A stretch of 64,000 nt of DNA. Source: an uncultured Actinomycetes bacterium. GTDB taxonomy: Bacteria > Actinomycetota > Acidimicrobiia > IMCC26256 > PALSA-555. Shown piece after piece: positions 9,201 to 18,291 of this stretch. Below the pieces are notes generated by a model. The model was not told the origin of the DNA. It saw only the letters and a program-made list of their open reading frames with translations, and ran no database searches. A program made the translations under genes and the position numbers. The stretch covers positions 2,438,676 through 2,502,675 of the forward strand of contig OY970233.1 in assembly GCA_963714105.1 (NCBI GenBank). Direction: 5' to 3'. The first letter of the stretch is position 1. Every line of letters begins with the position of its first letter.

Positions 9201-10075
9201 TGGCCGACCGCTTCGCGTCGGTTGACGACGTCATCACCCGCCTCCGCGCCGTCGACTACCTGTCGGACGCCAACATCGCCGGTGTCGTGTACCTCGCCGA
9301 CCGGCTCGAGAAGCCGGTCCTCGTCGAGGGGCCGGCCGGCGTCGGCAAGACCGAGCTGGCCAAAGCGCTCAGCGCCGCGACCGGGGGTCGCCTCATCCGG
9401 CTCCAGTGCTACGAGGGTCTCGACGAGGCCAAGGCCCTCTACGAGTGGAACTACAAGAAGCAGCTGCTGCGCATCCAGTCCGACCGTGAGCACGAGACCT
9501 CCTGGGCCGACGTCGAAGCCGACATCTTCTCGGAGCCGTTCCTGCTCACCCGCCCGCTGCTCGAGGCGATCCGCGCGTCGGAGCCGGTCGTGCTGCTCAT
9601 CGACGAGGTCGACCGGGTCGAGATCGAGACCGAAGCGCTGCTCCTCGAGGTGCTCTCCGACTTCCAGGTGTCGATCCCGGAGCTCGGCACCATCGTCGGG
9701 ACCCAACGTCCCTTCGTCGTGCTCACGTCCAACAACACCCGCGAGCTGTCCGAGGCGTTGAAGCGCCGCTGCCTCTACCTGCACGTCGACTACCCGGACC
9801 TCGAACGCGAGAAGGACATCGTGCGGGTCCGGGTACCCGAGATCGACGAGGAGCTCGCCGAGCAGGTCGCCCGGGTCGTGCGCTCCATCCGCGAGCTCGA
9901 GCTGAAGAAGGCCCCGTCGATCTCCGAGACCGTCGACTGGGCCCGCACCCTCCTCTACCTCGGCACCGCCGAGATCTCCCCGGAGGTCATCGGCGACACC
10001 CTCCACGTGCTCCTCAAGTACCAGTCCGACATCGCCAAGGCCCGCAAGGAGCTCGTCCCCGCCGGCGACACCTGA
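9200..10075 (+). CDS. MoxR-like AAA+ ATPase
   Basis: Walker A VEGPAGVGKTELAKAL, Walker B LLIDEVDR, 291 aa. The GTG start overlaps the proA stop. Confidence 0.85.
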   Translation: MADRFASVDDVITRLRAVDYLSDANIAGVVYLADRLEKPVLVEGPAGVGKTELAKALSAATGGRLIRLQCYEGLDEAKALYEWNYKKQLLRIQSDREHETSWADVEADIFSEPFLLTRPLLEAIRASEPVVLLIDEVDRVEIETEALLLEVLSDFQVSIPELGTIVGTQRPFVVLTSNNTRELSEALKRRCLYLHVDYPDLEREKDIVRVRVPEIDEELAEQVARVVRSIRELELKKAPSISETVDWARTLLYLGTAEISPEVIGDTLHVLLKYQSDIAKARKELVPAGDT

Positions 10076-10078
10076 GCC

Positions 10079-11503
10079 ATGCTGGACGTCCTCCAGGGCT
10101 TCGTCCACGAGCTGCGCAGCGCCGGGCTGCCGGTGTCGATGACCGAGAACCTCGACGCGATGCGCGCCGCTCGAGCACCTCGACATCAGCGACCGTGACG
10201 TCTTCAAAGCCGCGCTCGGCGCCACCCTCGTCAAGCACCACCGGCACCGTGGCGCGTTCGACACCGTCTTCGACGTCTACTTCTCCCTCTACAGCCACGG
10301 CGTCGACGCCGACGACCCCAACGCCGAGGAATGGTCCGAGCTCCTCGGTCAGGCCGGCCCGGACGGCGGCGCGGGCGCCAGCGGCGAGCTGACCCGCGAG
10401 GAGCTCGCCCAGATGCTCCTCGACGCGCTCGATGACCATGGACCGCGACGAGCTGCGCCGCCTCGCCGGCGCCGCGGTCAGCCAGTTCGCGGGCATGGAA
10501 CCGGGCCGGCCCGTCGGCGGCACCTACTACCTGTACCGGACCCTGCGGCAGCTCGACCTCGACGACCTCGCCGCCCGGCTCACCGGGCGGGCCCAAGCCG
10601 AAGACGACGTGCCCGCGGACGACCTCGCCGCCCGCCTCCAGGGCGAGGAGTTCCAAGCCCGACTGCGGGTGCTGCGCGAGCTCATCGAATCGGAGATCCG
10701 CCGCCGCCTCGTCGCCGACCGGGGCGTCGAGGCGATGGCCCGCACCCTCCGCAAACCGCTGCCCGAAGACGTCGACTTCATGCACGCCTCGCGCGAGGAG
10801 ATGCTCGCCCTCCAACGGGCGATCTACCCGCTGACCCGCGCCCTGGCCGCCCGCCTCGCGCAGCGACGCCGGCGCCGCCACCGCGGCAGCCTCGACTTCC
10901 GCAAGACCGTCCGGGCCTCCCTCTCCTACGGCGGGGTCCCCGCCGAGCCCAAGTTCCGGAACCCCCACCCGTCCCGACCCGAGATCATGGTCGTCGCCGA
11001 CATCTCCGGCTCGGTCGCCAGCTTCGCCCGCTTCACCCTCCAGCTCGTCTACGCGATGGCGAGCCAGTTCTCGAAGGTGCGATCGTGGGTGTTCATCGAC
11101 GGGATCGACGAAGTCACCCGCTTCTTCCAAGAGTCCGACGACGTCGCCGACGCGGTGCACCGGGTCAACACCGAAGCCGACGTCGTGTGGGTCGACGGCC
11201 ACTCCGACTACGGGCACGCCTTCGAGGTCTTCCACGACCGCCACGCCACCGAGGTGACCCCCAAGACGTCGCTCATCTTCCTCGGCGACGCGCGCAACAA
11301 CTACCACGCCTCCCAGGCGTGGGTGCTCGGCCGCGTTGAACCAACGGGCCCGCCACGTCTACTGGCTCAACCCCGAACCGCGCGGCTACTGGGACACCGG
11401 CGATTCGATCATGGCCGACTACATCCCATACTGCGACGGTGTGTACGAGTGCCGCAACCTCCGCCAGCTCGAACGGTTCGTCACCACCATCGCCGAAGGG
11501 TGA
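10079..11503 (+). pseudogene. VWA domain protein (CoxE-like MoxR partner), three apparent frameshifts
   Basis: The reading frame must switch near 10160, 10430 and 11335 to join MLDVLQGFVHELRSAGLPVSMTENLDAM, ..HLDISDRDVFKAALGA.., ..MDRDELRRLAGAAV...VVADISGSV...FLGDARNNY.. and ..RHVYWLNPEPRGYWDTGDS...ECRNLRQLERFV. Confidence 0.7.
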
Positions 11504-11512
11504 CCCCACGGG

Positions 11513-12196
11513 TCACCCGCTGAGCAGCGTCCAGGCCCGATCCGCGATGCGGGTCAAGGCCAGCAGCTGGACCCGCTCGCGACGGCGGAACGGCCGGCCT
11601 TCCCGCCCGACGAGCAGCATCGCCGCGTGACCCTCCAGCGGGGCGACCGCGAGGTCGTCGGGTCCGGTCGTGCCGTCCGCGACGCGAGGCGACGCGGCCG
11701 TCCCCGCGGCCAACGCCGAGAGCAGCTCGCTCGTCGGGACGGTCGTGCCGTCCGCGACCGCCAACCCGTCCCGCTCCAACAGCGCGGCCCAGTCGCCGAG
11801 GAACTCCCGGCGGGTCAACCCGACCAGCGCCTCCTGGAGGCTCCGCACCGACTCGGCCTCGCACAACGCGGTGGCGGACTCCAACGCGTCCAACCGAGGG
11901 TCGGGGAACGCCCCGACGATCCGCACCTCCTCGACCGACGCGCCGTCGACCTCCTCCACCTCTCGCACCAGCAGGTCGACGACGTCGAGCGTCGCGAGCA
12001 CCACCGCGAACTCGTCGACCGCGATGTCGGTGCCCCGCTCCAGGACGTCGATGCCGACGATGTCGCCGCCGACCGCGCCGATCCGCGACGCGACGAGCCC
12101 GAGCGCGCCGGGTCGGTCGGGGAGCCAGACCCGAACGAGCACGTGCGCCGCCTCCTTCGGGACCGAGGCGACGGTGGCCTCCACAGGCGCGTCCAC
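11513..12196 (-). CDS. ACT-domain protein of unknown function
   Basis: The N-terminal ACT signature is VLVRVWLPDRPGALGLVASRIGAVGGDIVGIDV. The C-terminal half is unassigned. Confidence 0.55.
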   Translation of the reverse strand: MDAPVEATVASVPKEAAHVLVRVWLPDRPGALGLVASRIGAVGGDIVGIDVLERGTDIAVDEFAVVLATLDVVDLLVREVEEVDGASVEEVRIVGAFPDPRLDALESATALCEAESVRSLQEALVGLTRREFLGDWAALLERDGLAVADGTTVPTSELLSALAAGTAASPRVADGTTGPDDLAVAPLEGHAAMLLVGREGRPFRRRERVQLLALTRIADRAWTLLSG

Positions 12197-12260
12197 GGCT
12201 GGTAACCCTACGGTGCGTTCGAGTCGCCGGTGTTACGAAATCGTGACAGCGCCCGACTCG

Positions 12261-12266
12261 TAGAAT
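12261..12266 (+). promoter_or_regulatory. Candidate -10 box (TAGAAT) for leaderless nadD
   Basis: TAGAAT lies 6 nt upstream of the GTG start at 12273. Confidence 0.35.
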
Positions 12267-12272
12267 GCCGGC

Positions 12273-12854
12273 GTGGCGGAGCGGATCGGCGTGCTCGGTG
12301 GCACCTTCGACCCGGTGCACGTCGGCCACATCGTCGCCGCCAGCGAGGCCCGCTGGGCTCTGCACCTCGACCGGGTGCTGCTCGTCGTCGCCGGGGATCC
12401 GTGGCAGAAGCGGGGCCAAGTCGTCGCCTCCGGCCCTGACCGGCTCGCCCTCGTGCGCGCCGCAGTCGACCCGGTCGACGGCGTCGAGGCGTCCAGCGTC
12501 GAGGTCGACCGGTCCGGGCCCTCGGTCACCGCCGACACCCTTGGCGAGCTGGCCGCCCCCGGCCGGACCTTCTTCCTCCTCCTCGGCGCCGACGCGGTGG
12601 CGAACATGCCGACCTGGCGACGCCTCGAGGAGACCCGCGCCCTGTGCACCATCGTCGTCATCGAACGGGCCGGCGACTCGCACACCGAACCACCCGGCCC
12701 CGGGTGGCGCTTCGAGCGGCTCTCGATCCCCCGACTCGACGTGTCGTCCAGCGACGTCCGCGCCCGCCTCGGCGCCGGCCGACCCATCGACGGGCTCGTC
12801 CCCGCACCGGTCATTCACGCCATCGCCACCCGCGGCCTCTACACTGACTCCTGA
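12273..12854 (+). CDS. nadD: Nicotinate-nucleotide adenylyltransferase
   Basis: The (H/T)IGH-type motif GGTFDPVHVGH is present. 193 aa. Confidence 0.9.
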   Translation: MAERIGVLGGTFDPVHVGHIVAASEARWALHLDRVLLVVAGDPWQKRGQVVASGPDRLALVRAAVDPVDGVEASSVEVDRSGPSVTADTLGELAAPGRTFFLLLGADAVANMPTWRRLEETRALCTIVVIERAGDSHTEPPGPGWRFERLSIPRLDVSSSDVRARLGAGRPIDGLVPAPVIHAIATRGLYTDS

Positions 12855-12903
12855 TGCCGACGGCGTCCCGCCCGAACCCCAAGTCGCAGGCCGGGACCGC
12901 CTC

Positions 12904-13296
12904 TTGAGCGGCGCTCCTCCGGGCATCTCCAGCCGGGCGCAGACCGCGGCACTCGCCGCCGCCGACAAGAAGGGCACCGACCTCGCGGTCCTCGCCGTCG
13001 GCGAGATCCTCGCCATCATCGACTGGTTCGTGCTCGTCAGCGCCTCCAACACCCGCCAGGTGCGCACCATCGTCGACGAGGTCCAACGGGCGATGCGTGA
13101 CCTCGACGGCTCCAAACCGATCGGCGTCGAAGGCCTCGCCGACGCCACCTGGGTGCTCCTCGACTACGGCGACGTCGTCGTCCACGTCTTCCTCGACGCG
13201 ACCCGCGAGTACTACGACCTCGACCGCCTCTGGGCCGACGCGGCGCGCGTCGATCTCGGCGTGCCCGCCGCGCCACTCGCGGCCGAGGGCTCCTAG
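12904..13296 (+). CDS. rsfS: Ribosome silencing factor RsfS
   Basis: ...AADKKGTDLAVLAVGEILAIIDWFVLVSASNTRQVRTIVDEV...VVHVFLDATREYYDLDRLW. The TTG start at 12904 is tentative. The gene follows nadD as usual. Confidence 0.8.
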   Translation: MSGAPPGISSRAQTAALAAADKKGTDLAVLAVGEILAIIDWFVLVSASNTRQVRTIVDEVQRAMRDLDGSKPIGVEGLADATWVLLDYGDVVVHVFLDATREYYDLDRLWADAARVDLGVPAAPLAAEGS

Positions 13297-14120
13297 CCGC
13301 CACCTCGCGTCGCGTCCGCCCCGCCGGACTCGAGGTACGGGCGTACCAGGATCCCCCGCGCGACCAGCCCCGACTTCAGCTCCCGGACCCCGACGTTGCG
13401 CGCGAACCGAGGCGAGTACAGGATCGAGCTGATAATCGCCGCCTGCGCGCCACCGTCGGTGAGACCCGCGGCGACATGGTCGACCGTGCCCGCACCTCCC
13501 GACGCGATCACGGGCACGTTCACCGCGTCCGCCACCGCGGCGGTGACCTCGAGGTCGTAGCCCGACGCGGTGCCGTCCCGGTCGATGCTGTTCACGACGA
13601 TCTCACCCGCGCCGAGATCCTCGCCGCGGCGGACCCAGTCGAGCGCGTCGAGACCGGTCGCGACCCGGGCCCCGTCGATGAACACCTCGTACCCGCTCGG
13701 GAGCTTGTGGCGCCGCCCGACCGCCTTCACCTGCGTGCTCAACACCACGCACTGACGCCCGAACGCTGCCGCGCCGGCCGAGATGATCGCCGGGTCCCGC
13801 ACCGCCATCGAGTCGACGCTGATCTTCTCCGCGCCGGCCTTCAGGACCGCGAACATGTCGTCCACGGAACGGATCCCGCCCCCGACCGTGAACGGGACGA
13901 AGACGTGCCGGGCGACCCGACGGACCGTGTCGAGATCGATCCGGCGTCGCTCCGCACTCGCGGTGATGTCGTAGAACACGATCTCGTCGATCTGGTCCTC
14001 GTAGAGCCGGGCCGCGAGCTCCTCGGCCGAACCGACGTCGATGTTGTCCTGGAACTGCTGCGCCTTCGTCACCCGTCCCTTGATCACGTCGAAGCAGGCG
14101 ATGAGCCGCTTCGTCAACAT
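13293..14120 (-). CDS. hisF: HisF-like imidazole glycerol phosphate synthase cyclase subunit (atypical)
   Basis: MLTKRLIACFDVIKGRVTK...FTVGGGIRS...NSIDRDGT...IASGGAG. The start at 14120 overlaps the hisH stop. The motif expected to read xIDxK reads STQVK. Confidence 0.8.
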   Translation of the reverse strand: MLTKRLIACFDVIKGRVTKAQQFQDNIDVGSAEELAARLYEDQIDEIVFYDITASAERRRIDLDTVRRVARHVFVPFTVGGGIRSVDDMFAVLKAGAEKISVDSMAVRDPAIISAGAAAFGRQCVVLSTQVKAVGRRHKLPSGYEVFIDGARVATGLDALDWVRRGEDLGAGEIVVNSIDRDGTASGYDLEVTAAVADAVNVPVIASGGAGTVDHVAAGLTDGGAQAAIISSILYSPRFARNVGVRELKSGLVARGILVRPYLESGGADATRGGG

Positions 14121-14725
14121 CGGGGCTCCCACGACGCGAAGCTGCGGAGCAGGTCCAGCCCCACCGGTCCGCTCTTCTCGGCGTGGAACTGCGTCGCTAC
14201 CACGTTGTCGCGGGCGACGACGGAGCAGAACGCCGTCCCGTACTCCGTGACGCCGAGCACATCGTCGGGATCCGCAGGCTCGCAGAAGTAGGAGTTCACG
14301 AAGTAGCAGTGCGCCGCCGCGCCGAACCCGTCGGTCACCGGGTGCGCGCGGGTGCACGTCACCGTGTTCCACCCGATCTGCGGCACCCGCAGCGACGACG
14401 GGAAGCGACGCACGACACCCGGGATCCACCCCAACCCGTCGACGTCGCCCTCCTCGGAGTGCTCGAACAGCACCTGCAAGCCGATGCAGATCCCGAGGAA
14501 CGGCACCCGTTCCGCGAGCACCCGCTCCTGGAGCGCGTCGACGAGATCCGCGTCGTACAACGACGTCAGCGTCGCTTCGGCGGCACCAACCCCGGGGAGG
14601 ACCAGCCGGGTCGCGCGGCGCACCCCGTCGGGGTCGGCGACCAGCCGGTGCTCGATCCCGAGATGGGTCAGCGCGTACCCGACGCTCGGCGCGTTCCCGG
14701 CCCGGTAGTCGATGACCCCGATCAC
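14114..14725 (-). CDS. hisH: Glutamine amidotransferase subunit HisH
   Basis: VIGVIDYRAGN..., catalytic Cys in FLGICIGLQ, His/Glu in QFHAEKS. The GTG start at 14725 is preferred over 14746 because a TAGACT -10 box lies 7 nt upstream. Confidence 0.85.
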   Translation of the reverse strand: MIGVIDYRAGNAPSVGYALTHLGIEHRLVADPDGVRRATRLVLPGVGAAEATLTSLYDADLVDALQERVLAERVPFLGICIGLQVLFEHSEEGDVDGLGWIPGVVRRFPSSLRVPQIGWNTVTCTRAHPVTDGFGAAAHCYFVNSYFCEPADPDDVLGVTEYGTAFCSVVARDNVVATQFHAEKSGPVGLDLLRSFASWEPRC

Positions 14726-14732
14726 GCGGGCG

Positions 14733-14738
14733 AGTCTA
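14733..14738 (-). promoter_or_regulatory. Candidate -10 box (TAGACT) for leaderless hisH
   Basis: The reverse complement of AGTCTA sits 7 nt upstream of the GTG at 14725. Confidence 0.35.
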
Positions 14739-14849
14739 GAAAGCACACCCGGTGCTCCGATCCGGTGTTTCGCGCCACACGACTTTTGCCATCCCTTAGC
14801 CCGCCCGCGTGGTCGAACGCCGCGAAGCGACGACTAGCCTGCGCTTCGC

Positions 14850-15764
14850 ATGGCTTCGTCTTCACCCGCGATCGAGGTCGCGGCGCTCACCAAGGACTTC
14901 TCCGGCGTGCGCGCGGTCGACGATCTCAGCTTCAGCGTCGACCGGGGCCAGGTCTGCGGCCTGCTCGGCCCGAACGGCGCCGGCAAGACCACGACCCTGC
15001 GCATCCTCGTCGGGCTCCTCCACCCGACGAAGGGGCGAGCCTCGCTCCTCGGTGTGTCCATGACCCCGAGCAACCCGGTGCTCGGCCGGGTCGGGACCAT
15101 GATCGAGCACGCCGACTTCGTCCCGTTCCTCTCCGGGATGCGCAACCTGGAGCTCCACTGGGAAGAGGCCGGCGGCAACTTCGCCGAAGCCGACGTCGAC
15201 GCGGCCCTCAAGGTCGCCGACCTCGGAGACGCCGTCCACCGCAAGGTCAAGACGTACTCGCAAGGGATGCGCCAGCGTCTCGGCGTCGCCCGCGCCCTGC
15301 TCGGCCGACCCGAGCTCCTCGTCCTCGACGAGCCCACCAACGGGCTCGACCCCGGCGAGATGCGCGAGATCCGCCAGCTGCTGAACCGGCTCTCCGAGCA
15401 CGGGGTCACCGTGCTGCTCTCGAGCCATCTCCTCTCCGAAGTCGAGCAGGTGTGCAGCCACGTCGTCGTCATGGACCGCGGCAAGCTCGTCGCCGCCGGC
15501 CCGATCGCGGATCTGACCGCGGCGACCACCTCCGTGTACTTCGGTGTCGACGACGCCGCGAAGGCCGAGCAGCTGCTCACCGCGCACGCCGGTGTCCGCA
15601 CCGTCACCGGGCAGCCCCCCGGCCTCATGGTCGAGCTCGATGGGGCGTCCCGCTCCGATCTCGTCGCCGCGCTCGTGCACGGCGGCGTGGCCGTCGACAC
15701 GGTGCAGGCCACCCATCGGCTCGAGGACGCGTTCCTCGGGCTCCTCGCCCACGAGGAGCGGTGA
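14850..15764 (+). CDS. ABC transporter ATP-binding protein (ABC-2/drug-exporter type)
   Basis: Walker A GPNGAGKTT, signature YSQGMRQRL, Walker B LLVLDEPTNGLD. Confidence 0.9.
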   Translation: MASSSPAIEVAALTKDFSGVRAVDDLSFSVDRGQVCGLLGPNGAGKTTTLRILVGLLHPTKGRASLLGVSMTPSNPVLGRVGTMIEHADFVPFLSGMRNLELHWEEAGGNFAEADVDAALKVADLGDAVHRKVKTYSQGMRQRLGVARALLGRPELLVLDEPTNGLDPGEMREIRQLLNRLSEHGVTVLLSSHLLSEVEQVCSHVVVMDRGKLVAAGPIADLTAATTSVYFGVDDAAKAEQLLTAHAGVRTVTGQPPGLMVELDGASRSDLVAALVHGGVAVDTVQATHRLEDAFLGLLAHEER

Positions 15765-16597
15765 TGCTCGCCCTGTTCCGCACCGAGATGGTCAAGCAGT
15801 GGCGGCGGCCCCGAACCTGGGTCACCCTCTCGCTGACCGTGGCGATCCCGATCATCATCGCGATCGCCTTGAAGGCGAACCCACCCTCGACACCCGAAGG
15901 CCGGGGCGACTTCACCTTCGGCGCGCTCCACACCGGGCTGTTCCTCCCGGTCGCCGCGTTGCAGTTCATGAGCCGGTTCCTGCTCGTGATCATCATCGCG
16001 TTGTTCGCCGGCGACTCGGTCGCCTCGGAGGCGAGCTGGGGCAACCTGCGGGCCATGCTGACCCGGCCGGTCGGGCGGGGCCGGTTCCTGCTCGCCAAGG
16101 TCGAATCGACCGCGCTGCTCGCGATCATCGCCACCGCGCTCATCGGCGTGACCGGGCTGATCGCCGGGATCGCCGCGTTCGGCTGGCATCCGCTGAGCAT
16201 CTCGTTCGGTCCCCTCGGGCTCCGCACGCTCAACGAATCCACCGGACAGATCATCGGCAACCTGGCCATCGCCAGCGGCTACGTGGTCTGGGGCATCGCC
16301 GGCATCGCCGCCCTCGCGTTCATGGCGTCGACGATGACCGACTCGCCCGCCGCCGCGGTGTTCGCCGGCTTCGGGCTCTACGTCGTCTCCCAGATCCTCG
16401 ACAACATCACCGCGCTCGGCTCGATCCGCTACGGGTTCCCCACCCACTACCTCGACGCGTGGAACACCCTGTTCACTCACCCGTCAGGCGGTCCGACCGC
16501 CGACATGCTCCGCGGCACCCTCCTGCAGATCCCCTACGTCCTCGTCTTCGGCGGGATCGCCTGGTGGCACTTCCGCCGCAAGGACATCCTCTCCTAG
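15764..16597 (+). CDS. ABC-2 family transporter permease
   Basis: MLALFRTEMVKQWRRPRTW..., with about six hydrophobic spans. The ATG overlaps the ATPase stop (TGATG). The rest of ORF 14183..16597 is artefact. Confidence 0.75.
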   Translation: MLALFRTEMVKQWRRPRTWVTLSLTVAIPIIIAIALKANPPSTPEGRGDFTFGALHTGLFLPVAALQFMSRFLLVIIIALFAGDSVASEASWGNLRAMLTRPVGRGRFLLAKVESTALLAIIATALIGVTGLIAGIAAFGWHPLSISFGPLGLRTLNESTGQIIGNLAIASGYVVWGIAGIAALAFMASTMTDSPAAAVFAGFGLYVVSQILDNITALGSIRYGFPTHYLDAWNTLFTHPSGGPTADMLRGTLLQIPYVLVFGGIAWWHFRRKDILS

Positions 16598-16878
16598 CCG
16601 CCCGCGTCGAACCGGGGCGCGCGGGCCGGCCGAGGTCTCCTCGGCGTGGGGGGTGGTAGCCGCGAGCGCGCCCGGCCGGCCGCGACACGATCTTGACAGG
16701 AACGCCCCCGGCTCGCTCCCGAGCGCCCCTCCGACTCCGGACGGAGACCCGACGGCGGGGGAGTGGTGTGGGACTGGTGGTCGATGGTCGAGCACCGCCC
16801 CCGCATCCCGCCACTGGCCCGGTGGTCCTCACCCCACCCGGTCGGGTCGCCCCTCGCAGGCTCAGCGCGGGCCTGACC

Positions 16879-17177
16879 ATGCCGGCGCGGCCGAGTGGAT
16901 CTCGGAGTTCGCCGGCACCGCCCGCATCATGCTCGTCGGCTTGTCCGCGTTCACGTTCGACTTCGCCGCGCAGTCACCGATGACGCACTGGGTCTCGAGC
17001 CCCGACCTGCGTCGCCTCCTCACCGGGGTCGTCTTCGCCGGGACCGCGACCGCGATCGTGCACTCGACCCTCGGACGCCGCAGCGGCGGCCACTTCAACC
17101 CCGCGCTGACCCTCGCGTTCCAGCGGCTGCACAAGGATCGACAACCAGCCACCCCCGACGTCCCAAAGCATGACTAG
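16879..17177 (+). pseudogene. Truncated MIP/aquaporin family channel (N-terminal third only)
   Basis: AEWISEFAGTARIMLVGLSAF...LLTGVVFAGTATAIVHSTLGRRSGGHFNPALTLAF contains the first NPA box and then diverges and stops. The second half-repeat is absent. The candidate ATG at 16879 is in another frame. Confidence 0.6.
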
Positions 17178-17178
17178 G

Positions 17179-17201
17179 TATTCATGTTATGATGTCAGCT
17201 C
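17179..17201 (+). promoter_or_regulatory. AT-rich promoter/operator candidate upstream of arsR
   Basis: An isolated AT-rich patch, TATTCATGTTATGATGTCAGCTC. It has an extended -10 (TGtTATGAT) 8 nt from ATG 17202 and a small dyad TCAT-gtt-ATGA. Confidence 0.35.
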
Positions 17202-17564
17202 ATGGGTCGCAGCCATGAGGTCGAGCTGGCGTTCGTCTCCCCCGACGCGGCGGAGCTGGTGGCGGAGACGATGCGGGCCTTGGCGACGCCGAGCCGGGTT
17301 CGGATCCTGAGCCGCCTCGCGGCGGCGCCGGCATCGGTGGGGCAGCTCTCGAGCGACCTCGACCTCGAGCAGTCCGCGGTGTCCCAGCAGCTCCGCGTCC
17401 TGCGTCACCTGCGTCTCGTCGCCGGTGAGCGTCGCGGCCGCCAGATCATCTACCGCCTCCACGACGACCACGTCGGCGTCCTGCTCGCCGAGGCGATGTC
17501 GCACACCGAGCACCTCGGCGTGCGCGCCGCACCACCGGCCCGGCGGCGCGCGCTCGCAGGATGA
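17202..17564 (+). CDS. ArsR/SmtB family metal-responsive repressor (alpha5-site type)
   Basis: Winged HTH (VGQLSSDLDLEQSAVSQQLRVLR) and the alpha5 ligand pattern D-x-H-x10-H-x2-H (DDHVGVLLAEAMSHTEH). Confidence 0.85.
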   Translation: MGRSHEVELAFVSPDAAELVAETMRALATPSRVRILSRLAAAPASVGQLSSDLDLEQSAVSQQLRVLRHLRLVAGERRGRQIIYRLHDDHVGVLLAEAMSHTEHLGVRAAPPARRRALAG

Positions 17565-18250
17565 GCACCGCCCCGGCGGTGCTGGCCGCGGCGGCCGGCG
17601 TCGCGGTCGGTCACGCGATCCTCCCGGACCACTGGGTCCCCCTCGCCGTCCTCGGTCGGACCCGGCGCTACCCGGTCGCCCGTGTCGCCCGACTCTCGAT
17701 CGCGGCCGGCGTCGCGCACGTCGCGTTCTCCCTCCTGCTCGGCGCCGTGATCGTCGTCGTCGGACTGCAGGTCCGTTCCCTCGTCGAGGGCACCCAGAAC
17801 GTCATCGTCGGTGGCGTCCTCATCGCCACCGGGATCGCGTTCCTCGCCGTCGAGCTGACCGGCCGCGGTCACCGCCACCCCCATCCGCACACCCACGACG
17901 ACGACCACGACCACGAGCCGCTCGCCGCGCTCCGCCATCCCCTCGACACATCCGAGGGTCACCGCGCCGCGGGACTCGCCGCGGTCATGGTCCCCTTCGG
18001 TGCCGCCGCGTCACCTGACCTCACGATCCTCCCCGTGTTCCTCGCCGCGACGACCGTGGGCGCCGCGGCGTCGGTCGGTGCCCTCCTCGTCTTCTCCGGC
18101 GTCACGATCGTCACGATCGTCACCTTGACGCTCGTCGCCACCGTCGGGGGCTACCAGATCCGCGGCGGGTGGCTCGAGCGTTGGGGCAACCGGATCACCG
18201 CCCTCACCCTCCTCGTGATCGGGACGCTCATCCTCACCGGGGTCATCTGA
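17561..18250 (+). CDS. Integral membrane metal transporter with a His-rich loop (family unassigned)
   Basis: 229 aa with about six TM spans, a central loop GHRHPHPHTHDDDHDHE and the motif GHAILPDHW. The ATGA overlap indicates translational coupling to arsR. Confidence 0.6.
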   Translation: MSTAPAVLAAAAGVAVGHAILPDHWVPLAVLGRTRRYPVARVARLSIAAGVAHVAFSLLLGAVIVVVGLQVRSLVEGTQNVIVGGVLIATGIAFLAVELTGRGHRHPHPHTHDDDHDHEPLAALRHPLDTSEGHRAAGLAAVMVPFGAAASPDLTILPVFLAATTVGAAASVGALLVFSGVTIVTIVTLTLVATVGGYQIRGGWLERWGNRITALTLLVIGTLILTGVI

Positions 18251-18291
18251 ACCGAGCGCCAGCCCGTTCCGACGTCGCCGCGCCCGTCGGC

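Noticed and set aside
16598-16878. Possible small gene or regulatory RNA between the ABC permease and the aquaporin fragment
   Set aside because: Only a short hairpin (GCCGAGG-tct-CCTCGGC, ~16631-16647), which probably terminates the ABC operon, and a lone TTGACA hexamer were seen. There is no convincing ORF or structure.
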